From: Candidatus Micrarchaeota archaeon
GTDB lineage: Archaea; Micrarchaeota; Micrarchaeia; Anstonellales; Bilamarchaeaceae
Reading direction: 5' to 3'
DNA length: 64,000 bases
Assembly (NCBI GenBank): GCA_043821365.1
Contig: JBDRCX010000006.1
Span: forward strand, 32,001 to 96,000
Part shown: positions 8,967-18,452 of the stretch, one piece after another
Numbering within the stretch: the first letter of the stretch is position 1
Layout: each line of letters starts with the position of its first letter
Program-made: the position numbers and the translations under genes
Notes under the pieces: model-generated
What the model was told of the DNA's origin: nothing
Seen by the model: the letters and a program-made list of their open reading frames with translations, nothing else
Database searches by the model: none

Positions 8967-9239
8967 TTAATCAGATTTGTGTGAAGCTGACAGACCCTTT
9001 GTTACAACAATAACATCTTCGACTGATTTTACATTTTTATAAAGAATGCTTTTTTCACGAAGAGCTTTTCTTGCATCATCTTTTCCAAGTGGTAATGATT
9101 CAATTAATATCCTTGATACTTCCCCACCTTCAAGATCAACAATGAAGTCCTGTGCATTGCCAATGAACTTACCAGAGTCCGTAAAAATATCCATACCATA
9201 TAGTCTTGATAGCTTTGTGCTCATCAGATCACCTTGCAC
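8967..9239 (-). CDS. PRC-barrel domain protein
   Basis: LSRLYGMDIFTDSGKFIGNAQDFIVD...VKSVEDVIVV. Confidence 0.85.
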   Translation of the reverse strand: MQGDLMSTKLSRLYGMDIFTDSGKFIGNAQDFIVDLEGGEVSRILIESLPLGKDDARKALREKSILYKNVKSVEDVIVVTKGLSASHKSD

Positions 9240-9288
9240 AATTAATCGTGAAACTAATTAAAAAACCTTTCTCTCCCTAAATACGACG

Positions 9289-9873
9289 ATGAAAAGCGAA
9301 TACATAGTTTATGGAGTATTTATTTTGTTTTTTTTGTTACTTATGGGGGCAACTTTTATTGTTCCTTTTATGGCATTTGACCAGGATATGGATTCTGCAT
9401 ATACTGCATTTGCATATACTTGCCACCAAAAACTTTCACGATCTCATTGTTTGTTTAAAGATGATCAAAATTTTTGGATAGCAGATTGCACTATACAAGA
9501 TGGAAGTTTTGTAAACACAAAACAAGATAGAACAACAATAATGGTACAAGATGGAGACGCGATAGGTTACAAAATACCAATTTGTTCGAGAGATGTTGGG
9601 ATATACGGTGCATTGTTAATTGGTGGAATAGCTTATCCTTTTGTTCGCAAACTAGATGAACGACACATCTACCCAGCCATATACCTAATCCTAGCTCTGA
9701 TCCCACTTGGACTTGATGGTAGCGTACAATTACTATCAGAAATAGGGATACTACCATTCCTATATGAAAGTACAAATTTGATAAGATTATTCACTGGAGT
9801 AGTTGCTGGGTTTGTTTCCTCGTTTTATGCAATCCCAGTATTGATGAATATGTTTGGTGGAATAAAAAAATAA
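9289..9873 (+). CDS. DUF2085 family membrane protein
   Basis: CHQKLSRS, PICSRDVGIY, PLGLDG, NLIRLFTG. Confidence 0.85.
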   Translation: MKSEYIVYGVFILFFLLLMGATFIVPFMAFDQDMDSAYTAFAYTCHQKLSRSHCLFKDDQNFWIADCTIQDGSFVNTKQDRTTIMVQDGDAIGYKIPICSRDVGIYGALLIGGIAYPFVRKLDERHIYPAIYLILALIPLGLDGSVQLLSEIGILPFLYESTNLIRLFTGVVAGFVSSFYAIPVLMNMFGGIKK

Positions 9874-9874
9874 A

Positions 9875-11116
9875 TTAAAAATCAGACAAGCTTTTTTGCT
9901 TTCTATCAATTTTATTTTTTATTTGTTGTGAATCATCCAATATTAGCTGGCCAAAAACACCATCATAACCAGGAACCCAACTAACTTTACCCTCTTGGAC
10001 ACGAATAATTGAACTTGCAATATCTGTAGTAGTTGCCAAACGAATTTGTTCTGCAGATGCTTCATAAACAGAAAACTCACTGCCAAAATAACGAATTAAT
10101 TTGGAATATTCATCTAAAACTAATCTGGATGTTTCTGGTTTCTTCAATGTTTTCGATATGACAATTGATAGTGGGACTACATATTTGAAAGGGATATGAT
10201 CAGATGGTTTGTACCCTAATCTTCGATCTGCAAGATCAGTTACACGATGAAGAACACCGAGTGTGAGTTTCTTTTTGCAAACAGGACAGATATTTCCATG
10301 TTCTTTTGATTCAAGTGGTGAGTAAGTAATATTGCAATTACGATGACCATCATAGTGGTATTTGCCTTCTTCTGGATAGAATTCATAGGTATGAGTAAAA
10401 TTTTTTCTTGTTTTTATGGCATTGATAATATTTTCATAAGTCAATTCTTCAAGATCAAAAACATTTGCTTCACGACCAAGTTTTTCCAAACTGTGCGCAT
10501 CACTATTGGATAATAGTGAAATACCATCCAGATTACTCAGCATCCAATTCATAGATGGATCTGAACTGAGTCCTGTTTCCAATGCAAATATTCTATCAGT
10601 TTTATCCTCAAATGCATCCTTGAGCCTATCAACACCAGTCGAAGAACCAAAAACACCAAAATAAGGAGTCCATGCATGTGCTGGAAAAATAACAAACTTT
10701 TTTGATATTTCTTCACATTGCTCAATAAGTTCAGCAGATGACATCTTAAGCATCGGTCGACCATCAGCAACCAGACTTCCAAAAGACTTCAATCTATCAT
10801 TTAATTGCTCTGCCTCACTCAATCCAGGTGCAAGTACAACATTGTGTATACGAAGGGAATGTTCTGGTGTTTTATAAAATAACGCAAGCTCTGTAGATAG
10901 GATAAAATGAACTCCGTCGTAAGGAAACAATCCATGTTCTTCTTTTTTTAAGTGTGTTTTGAGCTCATTAAAATAAGAAGGATGAGTAAAATCACCAGTG
11001 GCCATTACACTTATGCCTTTGATCTTTGCCCCTTGTGCAAGACCAGGAACATCACATTTTGGACTGGTTGCACGAGCATATTTGCTATGAACATGAAGAT
11101 CAGCAATAATTCGCAT
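9875..11116 (-). CDS. Endonuclease Q family (PHP-domain) protein
   Basis: ADLHVHSKYARATS, TGDFTHP, PAHAWTP, ETGLSSD, SNSDAHS, GKYHYDGHRNC..CPVC, PGYDGVFG. Confidence 0.92.
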   Translation of the reverse strand: MRIIADLHVHSKYARATSPKCDVPGLAQGAKIKGISVMATGDFTHPSYFNELKTHLKKEEHGLFPYDGVHFILSTELALFYKTPEHSLRIHNVVLAPGLSEAEQLNDRLKSFGSLVADGRPMLKMSSAELIEQCEEISKKFVIFPAHAWTPYFGVFGSSTGVDRLKDAFEDKTDRIFALETGLSSDPSMNWMLSNLDGISLLSNSDAHSLEKLGREANVFDLEELTYENIINAIKTRKNFTHTYEFYPEEGKYHYDGHRNCNITYSPLESKEHGNICPVCKKKLTLGVLHRVTDLADRRLGYKPSDHIPFKYVVPLSIVISKTLKKPETSRLVLDEYSKLIRYFGSEFSVYEASAEQIRLATTTDIASSIIRVQEGKVSWVPGYDGVFGQLILDDSQQIKNKIDRKQKSLSDF

Positions 11117-11169
11117 TAAAATTGATAAGGCGGAGCAAATTAAAAAACAGATATTACAATAGGTTGTGT

Positions 11170-11898
11170 ATGCGCGGGAAAAAAACATTTGAAAAAATAA
11201 AAAAACAGATTGAATCTTTTTCTCCATTTGTAAAAAGCTGGGAAAGTGCAAAGGCACTGTTTACGCCAAAGAAGATTGATAGCACATTAAAAGAATCAAT
11301 AAAACTAGCTGATATGAATTTGGCAATAAAAATATTTATTCTAGCGTCCATAATTGCCACATTCTTAACCTTACTTGGATTGGTCGAAATAATTTATCTT
11401 CTGAATTTTACTTCTGAAACAATGACAGATGTATTTGGAGTTGAGCAGCAGATGATGACATTGGAGGATATCATACCACTTGCCATATTCCATATCATCA
11501 CTGGAATACCCCTTGCATTATTCATGAATATTGGTGGCGAATTCCTTGCTTATAAGATAGCAAAAATAAGCGGTGGAAAAGGAACTCTTGCTCAGCACCT
11601 ATACCTTATTTCAGTTATAACATTGGCACTCGCAATGTTGAATGTAATTGCATTGGCATTACCAATACCATGTATACAAATAATTGCATGGATAATAAAT
11701 ATAGTAGGAATGATCTACCTATGGGGATACGTAGCAAGCAAAGCATATTCAGAAGCACATAATATAACTTTTGTACATTCATTGACCATTATCATAATAG
11801 TATCAATCATAAGATTTGCAATTATGATAACAGTAATAAATTGGTTGACTGGTGCATTGAATTTAACAGAAATATTAGATTACCAAATTGGTGTGTGA
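11170..11898 (+). CDS. Yip1-like multi-TM membrane protein
   Basis: Five or six TM segments; KISGGKGT motif typical of Yip1 domains. Confidence 0.65.
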   Translation: MRGKKTFEKIKKQIESFSPFVKSWESAKALFTPKKIDSTLKESIKLADMNLAIKIFILASIIATFLTLLGLVEIIYLLNFTSETMTDVFGVEQQMMTLEDIIPLAIFHIITGIPLALFMNIGGEFLAYKIAKISGGKGTLAQHLYLISVITLALAMLNVIALALPIPCIQIIAWIINIVGMIYLWGYVASKAYSEAHNITFVHSLTIIIIVSIIRFAIMITVINWLTGALNLTEILDYQIGV

Positions 11899-11899
11899 T

Positions 11900-12859
11900 A
11901 TGGGATTTCATCCGAAAAAATTCATTTTAGAAGCAGAAAACAGCATAAAACAAACAATAGGAAAAGAACATGCAATAACTGCTCTTTCAGGTGGTGTTGA
12001 TTCATTTGTTGCCGCAACTCTTGCATCAAGAGCTTTACCTGGCCAGATCCACGCATTTTATGTTGACAATGGGTTAATGAGAAAAAATGAAACAGAAAAG
12101 GTTATGGCAATTGCAAAATCACTTGGAGTTGAACTTACTGTAATAGATGCAAAAAAACGATTTTTAGATGCACTTAAGGGAATTGATGAACCAGAAAACA
12201 AACGTAAGGTGATTGGTGAAACTTTTGTAAGAATTTTCGAAGAAGAAGCAAAGAAAAAGAACAATATAACTTTTCTTATCCAAGGCACTATTGCACCAGA
12301 CTGGATTGAAAGTGGTGGAATGGGAAGGGATACGATAAAAAGCCACCATAATGTCGGTGGATTACCAGAAAAGATGCACCTGAAGCTTTGTGAACCATTA
12401 CGAGAATTGTATAAGCATGAAGTACGTGAAGTAGGCAAAGAACTTGAACTTCCAGAAATAGTACACCAAAGGCAGCCATTTCCAGGCCCAGGTCTTGCAG
12501 TTCGTGTAGTTGGGGAGATTACTGAAGAAAAAGTGAAGATAGTGCAGGATGCATGCGAGATTGTAGAAACAGAACTTGACAATGCAGTCGAAGCAAAGGA
12601 AATTGACAAACCATGGCAGTATTTTGCTGCACTTCTTCCATCAAAAACAGTTGGGGTCAGAGGAGACGAAAGAGCTTACCAGTATACCGTTATTGTTAGA
12701 TCAGTAAGAAGCCTTGATGGTATGACTGCAAACTTTTCGCATATACCAATGGATATACTTGAAAAAATTTCAACTAGAATAACAAATGAAATAAGATCAG
12801 TTGGTAGAGTGGTTTATGATATAACGAATAAACCGCCAGGAACAGTAGAGATGGAATAA
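11900..12859 (+). CDS. guaA: GMP synthase subunit B (ATP pyrophosphatase)
   Basis: ALSGGVDS, QGTIAPDWIES, IKSHHNVGGLP, QPFPGPGLAVR, YDITNKPPGTVE; no glutaminase domain (archaeal split form). Confidence 0.95.
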   Translation: MGFHPKKFILEAENSIKQTIGKEHAITALSGGVDSFVAATLASRALPGQIHAFYVDNGLMRKNETEKVMAIAKSLGVELTVIDAKKRFLDALKGIDEPENKRKVIGETFVRIFEEEAKKKNNITFLIQGTIAPDWIESGGMGRDTIKSHHNVGGLPEKMHLKLCEPLRELYKHEVREVGKELELPEIVHQRQPFPGPGLAVRVVGEITEEKVKIVQDACEIVETELDNAVEAKEIDKPWQYFAALLPSKTVGVRGDERAYQYTVIVRSVRSLDGMTANFSHIPMDILEKISTRITNEIRSVGRVVYDITNKPPGTVEME

Positions 12860-13108
12860 TTAGACACGTTCCATTAAAGCAGCAAAGCGTCTGCTAATAG
12901 GATTTGCAGGATTATCGTATTTTTCTTTGTTTGTAAGAGCACGGGTACTTATATCTGCCCTTGCAACTGTTGTATGTATCTCTCTCGAACGAACATCTGC
13001 AGCCCTTGAAAGAACATCGATACTAGAATGAGGTTCAGATTCTGTTTTTCTGGCAACTGGAGAAACGATTATTGTTGGTTTTTTACGTTCTTTATATGCT
13101 TCAGCCAT
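12860..13108 (-). CDS. Hypothetical protein
   Basis: 82-aa ORF; no recognised motif. Confidence 0.55.
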   Translation of the reverse strand: MAEAYKERKKPTIIVSPVARKTESEPHSSIDVLSRAADVRSREIHTTVARADISTRALTNKEKYDNPANPISRRFAALMERV

Positions 13109-13184
13109 GTTCCCACATTTTTACATTCTTTACAATAAAGCAATGTATAAAACCATTTAAAAGGTTACCTCTAAAGGAATAGTA

Positions 13185-13691
13185 ATGGCAGAATTCGACG
13201 AAGCACGTAATTTATTAAGCCAGCAAAAATACAAGGAAGCTGCCTTGATGCTTGACAGAACTATGCCTAATAATAAAAATAAAGACGAGTTTTGGTATCT
13301 TCGCGGAGTTGTATCATTAAAATTAAAAAATTATGATGCAGCACAAGAATTTTTTGATCGTGCATTGGCAGTTGAAAAAAAATCAAAATATTATCAGATA
13401 AAGGGAATGGCATATTTTGAACTTTTTGAGATTGACGAGGCAGTTGATGCATTTCTCAGTGCACTTGCACTTGAACCAGATAATGCAACAATAAACTTTT
13501 TCCTATCAATAAGTTACTTGTTCTTAGATGATCCAAGATCAGAGCAATACATAAGAAAAGCATATACAGCTGATATGAAAAAAACAAGACAGCTACTTCT
13601 TAATTTTTACACTGTATTTTTGAAAAATGATAGAAGCTTAACAGATGTACAAAAAAGAAAAATAGAAGAAAAAATAAGAGGAAAGAATTAG
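13185..13691 (+). CDS. Tetratricopeptide repeat protein
   Basis: Repeated TPR-like helices (WYLRGVVSLKLKNYDAAQEFFDRAL; YYQIKGMAYFELFEIDEAVDAFLSAL). Confidence 0.85.
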   Translation: MAEFDEARNLLSQQKYKEAALMLDRTMPNNKNKDEFWYLRGVVSLKLKNYDAAQEFFDRALAVEKKSKYYQIKGMAYFELFEIDEAVDAFLSALALEPDNATINFFLSISYLFLDDPRSEQYIRKAYTADMKKTRQLLLNFYTVFLKNDRSLTDVQKRKIEEKIRGKN

Positions 13692-13693
13692 CT

Positions 13694-13806
13694 GAATTTT
13701 TTCTTTAGGTTGAAAATTCGGAAGAATTTTTGACCTTGAAAAATTCAGACGAAATTTTTCTTCAGGTTGAAAATCTAGCAGGGTTTTCGACTATAGAGAA
13801 AGTTCA
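13694..13806. repeat. Mosaic of short palindromic repeats between convergent genes
   Basis: Three imperfect TTGAAAA(A)T...ATTTT hairpins starting at 13710, 13736 and 13767; ~26-bp direct repeat at 13694 vs 13751. Confidence 0.7.
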
Positions 13807-14694
13807 ACTAAACTTTCTCTTCATCTCATTTAACCATGCTCTTTCTCTCAGAGTGTGTGGAGTAATTGTTTGAACGAATTTTTCAAGTCCGGTTGGTTTT
13901 TCTTTTGACAACCAGGCTTTTTTTTGTTTTATTTTCCTTAGATAGGATGGATTAGTAAGGAGGATCTGTCTGAGAATTCTTTCGTAGCGTTCTTTTTTTC
14001 TTGTTACTTCTTCTAATCTTCTTTGCGCAGCTGTTTCAACAACAGTGCCTTTTCCAAGAACCCTGTAAAGATAACTTTTTGCAGTATTTTGTTCATAAGT
14101 ATAATGATTTATTTTTGTCATAAATTTGGCTATGGGAATTTGGATTAAAGAATCGGAAATAAGAAGAAGCCAGCCTTCACGAAGAACAACTTTTTCAGCT
14201 TCTTTAATTGCATCAAGAGCATCTGCCTTCATCATATCCTTATTTATGAAACCACGCAAGACAGGGAAATTTGCATCCATAGCACGTGCATTTACCTTTC
14301 CAACCCAACCACGTAATGATTCTCTTGCAGCTTTTATCTGCATTCTCCATTCCACAAGTTGTTCAAGTTTAACTGATGCCTCTTGTGGAGGAACCTGGTT
14401 AAAATCTAAAAGCCATGCTTTTTTCGATACAATAGGACCGACATATTTATCTTCCATTATAACACTAAGAAGTTCAGGATGGTATTTGTGCAATGCACGG
14501 AATTCATCAAGATTGAGGAGAAGTTGATCTATAACTTCACCTCTTTTCTTTGACACTTCCCTACGAAGTATCATGGTTTCTCTTTTCAAATCACGATCAT
14601 ACACATCATGGAATTTACGTTCTAATTTTTGTATTTGAATCATGCGATCTTTTATGTATTCAGATGCCTCTTCTAAATATTCCACAAGTAACAT
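13804..14694 (-). CDS. Hypothetical alpha-helical/coiled-coil protein
   Basis: 296-aa ORF rich in E/K/R/L; stop-start overlap with the upstream endonuclease gene. Confidence 0.75.
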   Translation of the reverse strand: MLLVEYLEEASEYIKDRMIQIQKLERKFHDVYDRDLKRETMILRREVSKKRGEVIDQLLLNLDEFRALHKYHPELLSVIMEDKYVGPIVSKKAWLLDFNQVPPQEASVKLEQLVEWRMQIKAARESLRGWVGKVNARAMDANFPVLRGFINKDMMKADALDAIKEAEKVVLREGWLLLISDSLIQIPIAKFMTKINHYTYEQNTAKSYLYRVLGKGTVVETAAQRRLEEVTRKKERYERILRQILLTNPSYLRKIKQKKAWLSKEKPTGLEKFVQTITPHTLRERAWLNEMKRKFS

Positions 14695-15530
14695 TATTTC
14701 CCCTTTTTAAATTTCTCATATCTTTCCTTTAATACTAAAGCATCGATGTCGAGTTTGGGTGTTTCGCAAATAATTGTTCCGGAATAACCATTTTCAGCAA
14801 GTATTTTCATAAATGGTTCAAATGGCGGTTCGTTGTTTGTGCCAAGTACGTAATGATTCAGTTCTCCTTTATCTGAATAATTTATCTCAGAAAAATGACA
14901 GTGAAATCTTTTTACATAATCCCCAAGTTCATTTTCAAGTTTGTTGAAGATTGATAAATAATCTTTTTCGCCAGTGATTTTAAAATCACCGCGAGCATGA
15001 AGATGAGCGAAATCAAGCACTGGTTCAACCATATCCAATTGCTGAGATAGTTTTATGTTCTCATCAAATCCACCAAATGCACTTTTTTTACCAACTGTTT
15101 CTGCACCAAGACGAATTTTGACATTGTGTTGTTTTAATTTTTCAACTAGATCAGAAAGGTTTTTTTTAGCGATCTCAAATGCTTTTTCTTTTGTTAACTT
15201 CTGATAGAAACCGGGATGAAAAACAGTTATGTTGCCACCACACAACGAAGTTATTCTGGCAGATTCGAAAATATGTCTTTTTGTATTTTGAAGTTTATGC
15301 TCTTCAAGAGTGCAAAAATTAACATAGTATGGAGCATGTGAAGAAAGTGAGATATTGTATTTTTTTGAGATTGATGCTGCTTCTTTTGCAGTATCATCTT
15401 TCATTCTGACTCCATGAACAAATTCCATCTCCATTGCAGACAATCCAATTTCTGAACAGCATTTTATTCCATCAAGAGTACTACTACCATTACATTGAAT
15501 GGGAACTCCTGCTGGACCAAAAAGGATCAT
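14694..15530 (-). CDS. nfo: Endonuclease IV-like TIM-barrel (AP endonuclease 2 family)
   Basis: MEMEFVHG, SSHAPYYVN, VFHPG, ETVGK, LDFAHLHAR, HCHFSEI, IICETP. Confidence 0.88.
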   Translation of the reverse strand: MILFGPAGVPIQCNGSSTLDGIKCCSEIGLSAMEMEFVHGVRMKDDTAKEAASISKKYNISLSSHAPYYVNFCTLEEHKLQNTKRHIFESARITSLCGGNITVFHPGFYQKLTKEKAFEIAKKNLSDLVEKLKQHNVKIRLGAETVGKKSAFGGFDENIKLSQQLDMVEPVLDFAHLHARGDFKITGEKDYLSIFNKLENELGDYVKRFHCHFSEINYSDKGELNHYVLGTNNEPPFEPFMKILAENGYSGTIICETPKLDIDALVLKERYEKFKKGK

Positions 15531-15687
15531 AAAGTAGATTTGAAGTGAAAAGATAAAAAAGGAAGGTTGAAACCTTAGGTTCTAAACAAAAAGGAAGCTC
15601 AGATAGAAAGGAGATTCGAAAAGGACCTCGCTCAAAATGCCTTGCATTTTGGGTGTACAAAACCTGCGGTTTTGAACATGGTCCTTT

Positions 15688-16533
15688 TCATTGGCACATA
15701 TGTGTTTGCTGATTACATTGTTCTCCTTGTACACAATCAGCTGCAGTATTACAGTAACCTGTTTTTGCATTGCAATAATGGCTACTATCGCAAACTTGCC
15801 AAGTGCCACAGTCATCGTTTGAATTACAACGATCAACATCATGCACACAAATATGAGTTGTGCTGCTGCACAATTCCCATTCATTACACTCATTGTGCCC
15901 CATACAGTAACCTTGTCTTGCAACACATTTGTTAGTTGTCTTATCACAAACTGACCATGCTTGACAATTCTCAGTACTTATACAGAAACCAACTTTTGGA
16001 ATGCATGTATGTGAAGCTGAGTCACATGTTTGCCATGTTTCACAATCACCATCAAGATCGCATTTACCATCTAGTAGCATACATCTCTTAGAGGAGATAT
16101 CACATTGTTTCCATGCATCACAATCTCTTGTGTCCACACAGTAACCTGGAGCTGGACCACATTCATGCTTTGCTGGATTACAATATTCGTATGGTTGATT
16201 GCATTGATTGTCAGCATCACAGTAACCTGGAGCAGGTCTGCATGTTTGTGCTGAATCGCAAACCTGCCAACTCTGACAATCACTTGTTTTTCTACATAAT
16301 CCAGTCTTATAAACACAAAGATGAGTTGAATCCGAATCGCATGTTGTCAGATTATCTGAACAATCAGTTTCAACATAACAAAAACCAGAACGAAGACCGC
16401 AGGTCTGAGAGGTTACATTACAACCTTCCCACGCCTGACATTCAGAATCAGATGTACATGCTTTGGGAGCACTACTGTCGCATCCAGCTAATATAAAAAC
16501 AATGGCTATAAGCCCGATTAAGATTACTCTCAT
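15688..16533 (-). CDS. Secreted or lipid-anchored Cys-rich repeat protein
   Basis: Signal peptide ending LAGC; about 10 tandem ~24-aa C-x5-C-x2-W-x2-C-x5/6-C repeats. Confidence 0.85.
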   Translation of the reverse strand: MRVILIGLIAIVFILAGCDSSAPKACTSDSECQAWEGCNVTSQTCGLRSGFCYVETDCSDNLTTCDSDSTHLCVYKTGLCRKTSDCQSWQVCDSAQTCRPAPGYCDADNQCNQPYEYCNPAKHECGPAPGYCVDTRDCDAWKQCDISSKRCMLLDGKCDLDGDCETWQTCDSASHTCIPKVGFCISTENCQAWSVCDKTTNKCVARQGYCMGHNECNEWELCSSTTHICVHDVDRCNSNDDCGTWQVCDSSHYCNAKTGYCNTAADCVQGEQCNQQTHMCQ

Positions 16534-16561
16534 GAGGATGTATTAGATTGATGGTTTTAAA

Positions 16562-17221
16562 TTACTTAAGTTTGGCTAGAATAGACGATAGATCATGAAT
16601 ATTGTTGCTAATAAAATCTGCTTTACTTGGGATTTCTGAGTATTTTCCAGTTAAAACTCGGATTGTTTTTATGCCCACCTGTTTTGCAGGAAGGATATCC
16701 ACATCCTCCCGATCACCAATCATCAAACATTCTTCTGGTTTCGCTCTGAGTTCGGATAGGATTTTCTTATAGAAATTTTTATCTTTCTCTTTTTTCGTTA
16801 CGAAAACTCCATCAAAATACAATGACAAGCGCAATCGAATGAGTTTATCCCATTGTTTAATTGAATTTCCACTTGTTGCTGCATAAATTTTGAATCCCTG
16901 TTCTTTAAGTCGTAGAAGGAGAAGTGGAACTTGAGGAAATGGTTGGATTGATGTTTTAGTGTCATGATATGATGCAACTGCAGCAGCAACATATTTTTCA
17001 GGATTTTTTATTTTTAGTTGTTTGCACAACTCATCAAAATGACCCTCATAGTTGGAACCCTTTTGTTTTATGATTCTCATTAATTTCTTGTTCAATGTGT
17101 TGTAATCATATCTGAGCCCCATTCCAATCATTGAAGTTAATGCATTTTTTCTGGCTAAAGAAGAGAATTCTGTTGATGGGAATAAAGTATCATCAATATC
17201 AAATAAAACAAACCTAAGCAT
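16562..17221 (-). CDS. HAD-superfamily hydrolase
   Basis: LFDIDDTL, ATSG, MIGDREDVDILPAKQVG; start at ATG 17221. Confidence 0.92.
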   Translation of the reverse strand: MLRFVLFDIDDTLFPSTEFSSLARKNALTSMIGMGLRYDYNTLNKKLMRIIKQKGSNYEGHFDELCKQLKIKNPEKYVAAAVASYHDTKTSIQPFPQVPLLLLRLKEQGFKIYAATSGNSIKQWDKLIRLRLSLYFDGVFVTKKEKDKNFYKKILSELRAKPEECLMIGDREDVDILPAKQVGIKTIRVLTGKYSEIPSKADFISNNIHDLSSILAKLK

Positions 17222-17291
17222 AATAGTAATTTGATGAATAAATCTTAAGAATAGGATGATTTTATAATAAGAAAAATTATAAAATAAAAAA

Positions 17292-18344
17292 TTATTGTCT
17301 TTGTTCTGGGCCAACTACCACAGTGTGTGCAACACCTTTACATTCTCCACTGTCTAAACGTACTAATTTGCTTGTTGCAAGGCTTAATACTTGTGATTCG
17401 TTACCTGGACTTGCACAGCCATCTCTTCCACATGATACGCCTCCATTTCTTACTACTGGCATACCAGAAGAATCAACATCAATAGTAACACTAACTGTAA
17501 AGTCTCTGTCTTCTGCTCCTACTGTGCCTCTTATGCGTTTTATGTGTGAAAGAACAGATTGCTTTACCCTTTGATAAATTGATGCATTAACATCATCAGT
17601 ACATTCTGGGACTATTTTTACACGTGCTGCTGCCCTTACTGGGCTGGGTTTTCTTCCACTACAATCATCCTTACATCTTGGGTCAATTCCTGGATCGCAA
17701 ACTTCGTTAATTTTAACTGTTGCAAATTCATAGACAGTTGTTCCATCCTCACGAACAACTGGAACTTCTACACCAACAACTACGTTTCTTTGTAGTATAC
17801 CATCACCACAGTGAGTGTCTGCAAGACAAACAACTGGCTTGGCATCTTCTGGTGTGAAAGTAGGCTCACCATCTTGTTTTGATCTAACTGGAGCATCCGC
17901 ATTAGGTATTTCTAATGGACCTGCAACCCCATCACCACAACGACCAGCATCTGCTGGATCATGTCTTGGTGATCTTGATTCGCCTTCACCTTTACTTAAT
18001 TCTACTATTCCGTCTCCTTTAACTGGAGGAAGATCACATGGAACACAATCAGTTCTTGGTGCTTCAACTTCCACCCATTCTATTTGAGTTACTTCTTGAA
18101 CATTTCGCACAACTCTAGTAACTTGAACACACTCTTTTGGTTCTTCATGCATAGTTGCTGCGGCAACTGGTTTTGATGGTTCTGGAGGCAATATTGGTCC
18201 TTCAGTTTGTGGTCCGCCACTGCATGTTTTGAAAAGAAGCATAGCTGCAACTGCAGCTGTAGTTGTACCGATAGCAGCATAATTCTTCCATCCCATCTTT
18301 TTTGATTCTGGTGTTTTAGGACCAGATGTGCGAGTTGTTCTCAT
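17292..18344 (-). CDS. Membrane-anchored exported protein with Cys-rich CGDG repeats and a C-terminal TonB-C-like alpha/beta domain
   Basis: N-terminal TM anchor, Pro-rich linker, RCGDGV and HCGDGILQ...EVCDPG motifs; GGTGA SD upstream of ATG 18344. Confidence 0.7.
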   Translation of the reverse strand: MRTTRTSGPKTPESKKMGWKNYAAIGTTTAAVAAMLLFKTCSGGPQTEGPILPPEPSKPVAAATMHEEPKECVQVTRVVRNVQEVTQIEWVEVEAPRTDCVPCDLPPVKGDGIVELSKGEGESRSPRHDPADAGRCGDGVAGPLEIPNADAPVRSKQDGEPTFTPEDAKPVVCLADTHCGDGILQRNVVVGVEVPVVREDGTTVYEFATVKINEVCDPGIDPRCKDDCSGRKPSPVRAAARVKIVPECTDDVNASIYQRVKQSVLSHIKRIRGTVGAEDRDFTVSVTIDVDSSGMPVVRNGGVSCGRDGCASPGNESQVLSLATSKLVRLDSGECKGVAHTVVVGPEQRQ

Positions 18345-18452
18345 AAATTTCACCAAATAAACATTTTATACCCCATAGGGTAGTTGTGTTATATTATATA
18401 CTTTAGTGGTAAAGTATATTTAAACCTATCTTTTTTCTGGTTTGTTGAAAAA

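Noticed and set aside
15582-15690. Possible TGA readthrough (selenocysteine) after the Cys-rich surface protein (CQ*KGPC)
   Set aside because: The TGA is not at a Cys position of the repeat, the C-x4-G-x-C register is off by one, and the downstream frame does not continue the repeat
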